Of a DNA stretch of 64,000 nt, positions 61,751 through 64,000 are shown in pieces. The translations under genes and the position numbers were made by a program. The notes beneath the pieces were generated by a model, which was not told the origin of the DNA, ran no database searches, and saw only the letters and a list, made by a program, of their open reading frames with translations. Every line of letters begins with the position of its first letter. Positions within the stretch are counted from its first letter, which is position 1. This DNA is from Negaprion brevirostris (taxonomy: Eukaryota): positions 19,606,423 through 19,670,422 of the forward strand of contig JARDVH010000193.1 of the NCBI GenBank assembly GCA_030324005.1, written 5' to 3'.

Positions 61751-63714
61751 CCAATAAATGGGAGGGAAAGTAATCTGCATGTACCTGCACTTAAAATTCA
61801 AAAATGTTTTTTTTCCTCCAAATGCAAACAGATTTGAAAGCACAGAATTTTTTGATACAGTAGTTTGAATAATAACTTTCAAAGTTCTCTGATGCAGGGG
61901 TAATTTGAAAGAAAAAGCAGCCGGGAAGAGCAGGTGTGTAAAAATCAGACTAACGACTTGTTCACATCTGAAGAGTCCTTGTTACGGACACAACCCAGAG
62001 CACAATATGCAGGTTGTAAACATTGGGAGAAATGGATTGTCAATATGCTGCCAGGTATGAAAGAGAAAGGAGAATAAAGAAATCAGTTGTTTTATCTCAT
62101 TACTATATTCTGGTTATCACAAAATGGTGTACCTTTTCTGATTGATGTTCTGTTGCCTAATTTTCACAAAGAATATTTATTCCGTTTGTATTATTTTTGA
62201 GAAATTGTTTATTGAAAGATACACTTCATTTCTAACATGCTGAATAAATTGGAACTGCTATTGATTTTTCAGATGTAATAAGACATTGAGGTCCATGTGA
62301 TTTAGGATCTTACGTTCGTGCAGGAGAAAGGGTAGAGAGAGCACCAATTAATCTTAACCTAGGACATTGTTTTTGGTCAGTAGCAATATAAATACGTCTG
62401 AAGATAAAATGTTTAAACTCGTTCATTCTGTGCAAAGTGGCATGCTAAACTTGTTATGCAGACAGCGATTCTTAAAAATAATTCTGCATGATCTTGAGGA
62501 AGTCAAGAAATACATTCAGAGCATATTTGAAATAAGGAATTATATGTTGTTGAGGTGGGAAATATGAAGCTTCAATCTGACAATATATTTATGTGGTAGC
62601 ATTGCTAATTATTTAACATTGCTTGTGTAGTTAGTATGTTATATATTATTACCTTATATATTATTATAACATGTTATTATGTTATATATTATTCTGCATT
62701 GTTTAACATTCACTCTCCACATAAATGATTTATACACATTATTCTGGGGTATTTAACTTTTCAATACTTCTATTGTACAGTGAGGCATTGAAAGTCAATG
62801 ATTATGTTGATTGCAGATTAGGTTGCGTTCAATGGAAATATGCTATAACTGAATTTACTATAGAATATTTAACTGTGTTTAAGAAGACATTAACACTCAT
62901 GTTTACAAAAGTTCTGATTTGAAAACAGAATTGCTTCCTCCATTTAAAACATGCAGAATACAAAGTAGATCCTTCTTTAGAGAATACAGTCATAACTATT
63001 ACATAAAAGACAATTTAAATTTTGAAAATTGTTTAGGCAGAGAACACTCCTGTAATTTCCCATGTTCTTCACCTCCCCCCTCCATTTTCTATAGCTGCTT
63101 GATCCAATAAGAGGGACCAGTTTTACAAAGCGAAATGTCGTTTGGAACGAACCATTTCATTTCACTTTTTGCTTCAATTAATGCAAGTGTTTTTAATTGT
63201 TTGAGAACGCTTACTTCAAACGTGTGTTTATACAGGATAAAGCTTTGAGTGCAGACTTATGGGGTGAACTGTGCCAGCCATTAGTAAATATCTTAAAGCC
63301 ATGAATGCATTGTAATCAGTTTTCCAGTATGCATTGGCAGCATGTCCTCACAACATTGCCCCCATATCTGCCACCTTAGTATCGCTGAGAAACCTCTTTA
63401 GCTTCACAGCAATGCAAAAATTACTGTACAGTTCCAGAGACAGCCCCAGAGTACAGCAGCATGACAGCTCTTAGGGAATTGTTCCACGCAATTTGGGTTT
63501 GACACCACACAGTCGACAATTACCTGTCAAACCTATTTTTTTAAAGTGTTTACAAACTTGCATAAAGTTGGTTCAAATGTTCTGAGGGTGCAGGAGCTTC
63601 TGGCTGCTCACTTAGTGCATTTAATATTCACCATCTGGGAGCCATCTCCTAAGTACAGAGAATTCAACTTCTATGTAAAAGCAAGGTAGGGCTGGGAAGG
63701 AATTGATTCTGTGT

Positions 63715-64000
63715 CTACCAGGCTCAGAATGGTAGTACAGTGCAAAAACACAGCCTGTAGCTGTCTGTCTCAGAATGGCAGTACAGTATCGATACAGCCT
63801 GTAGCTACAAGTCTCAGAATAGTAGTACAGTATAAACACAGTGTGTAGCTACCAGTCTCAGAATGGCAGTAACAGTGTCTATACAGCATCTAGCTGCCTG
63901 TCCCAGATGGATAATTAAAGTTTAAACACAGTTCATAGCTACCAGTCTTAGATTGGTAAATATGACCTGTCGCTACCAGCCTTAAAATGACAGGACACTG
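63715..64000. repeat. ~44-bp minisatellite, runs off the window end
   Basis: About 7 degenerate units of ctaccagtctcagaatggcagtacagtataaacacagcctgtag. Confidence 0.85.

Noticed and set aside
63715-64000. CRISPR-like regular repeat
   Set aside because: No unique spacers, the whole unit is repeated, the context is eukaryotic and no cas genes are present
1-64000. Strand bias of retroelements as evidence of an intronic location; known miRNA hairpins
   Set aside because: CR1 and SINE orientations are roughly balanced; no conserved mature miRNA was noticed, but the scan was by eye and not exhaustive

Overview
This is eukaryotic nuclear DNA from a gapped draft scaffold, not prokaryotic sequence. 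The repeat content (HE1-type V-SINEs, HER1/CR1 LINEs, Rex/Babar, RTE and L2 relics, Penelope-derived elements, Harbinger relics and MITEs) points to a cartilaginous fish, most likely a shark; this is an inference. I found no intact protein-coding gene. The long ORFs in the track are N-gap read-throughs or fragments of retroelements. About 0-41 kb and 52-61.8 kb are dense, often nested, TE debris. About 41-52 kb is strikingly TE-poor and looks like constrained non-coding (enhancer or lncRNA) sequence with exon-like splice signals. Most notable items: (1) a hidden, degenerate retroviral-type gag with a coiled coil and a CCHC knuckle, split by a CR1 that itself carries a MITE; (2) Penelope-type minimal hammerhead ribozyme motifs, one with an intact core at 36898-36932; (3) the same V-SINE head carrying two different LINE-derived tails (CR1-like and Rex/Babar-like); (4) HARBI1-like Harbinger transposase relics alongside many TTA-flanked hairpin MITEs. 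All calls were made by eye without database searches, and boundaries are approximate.
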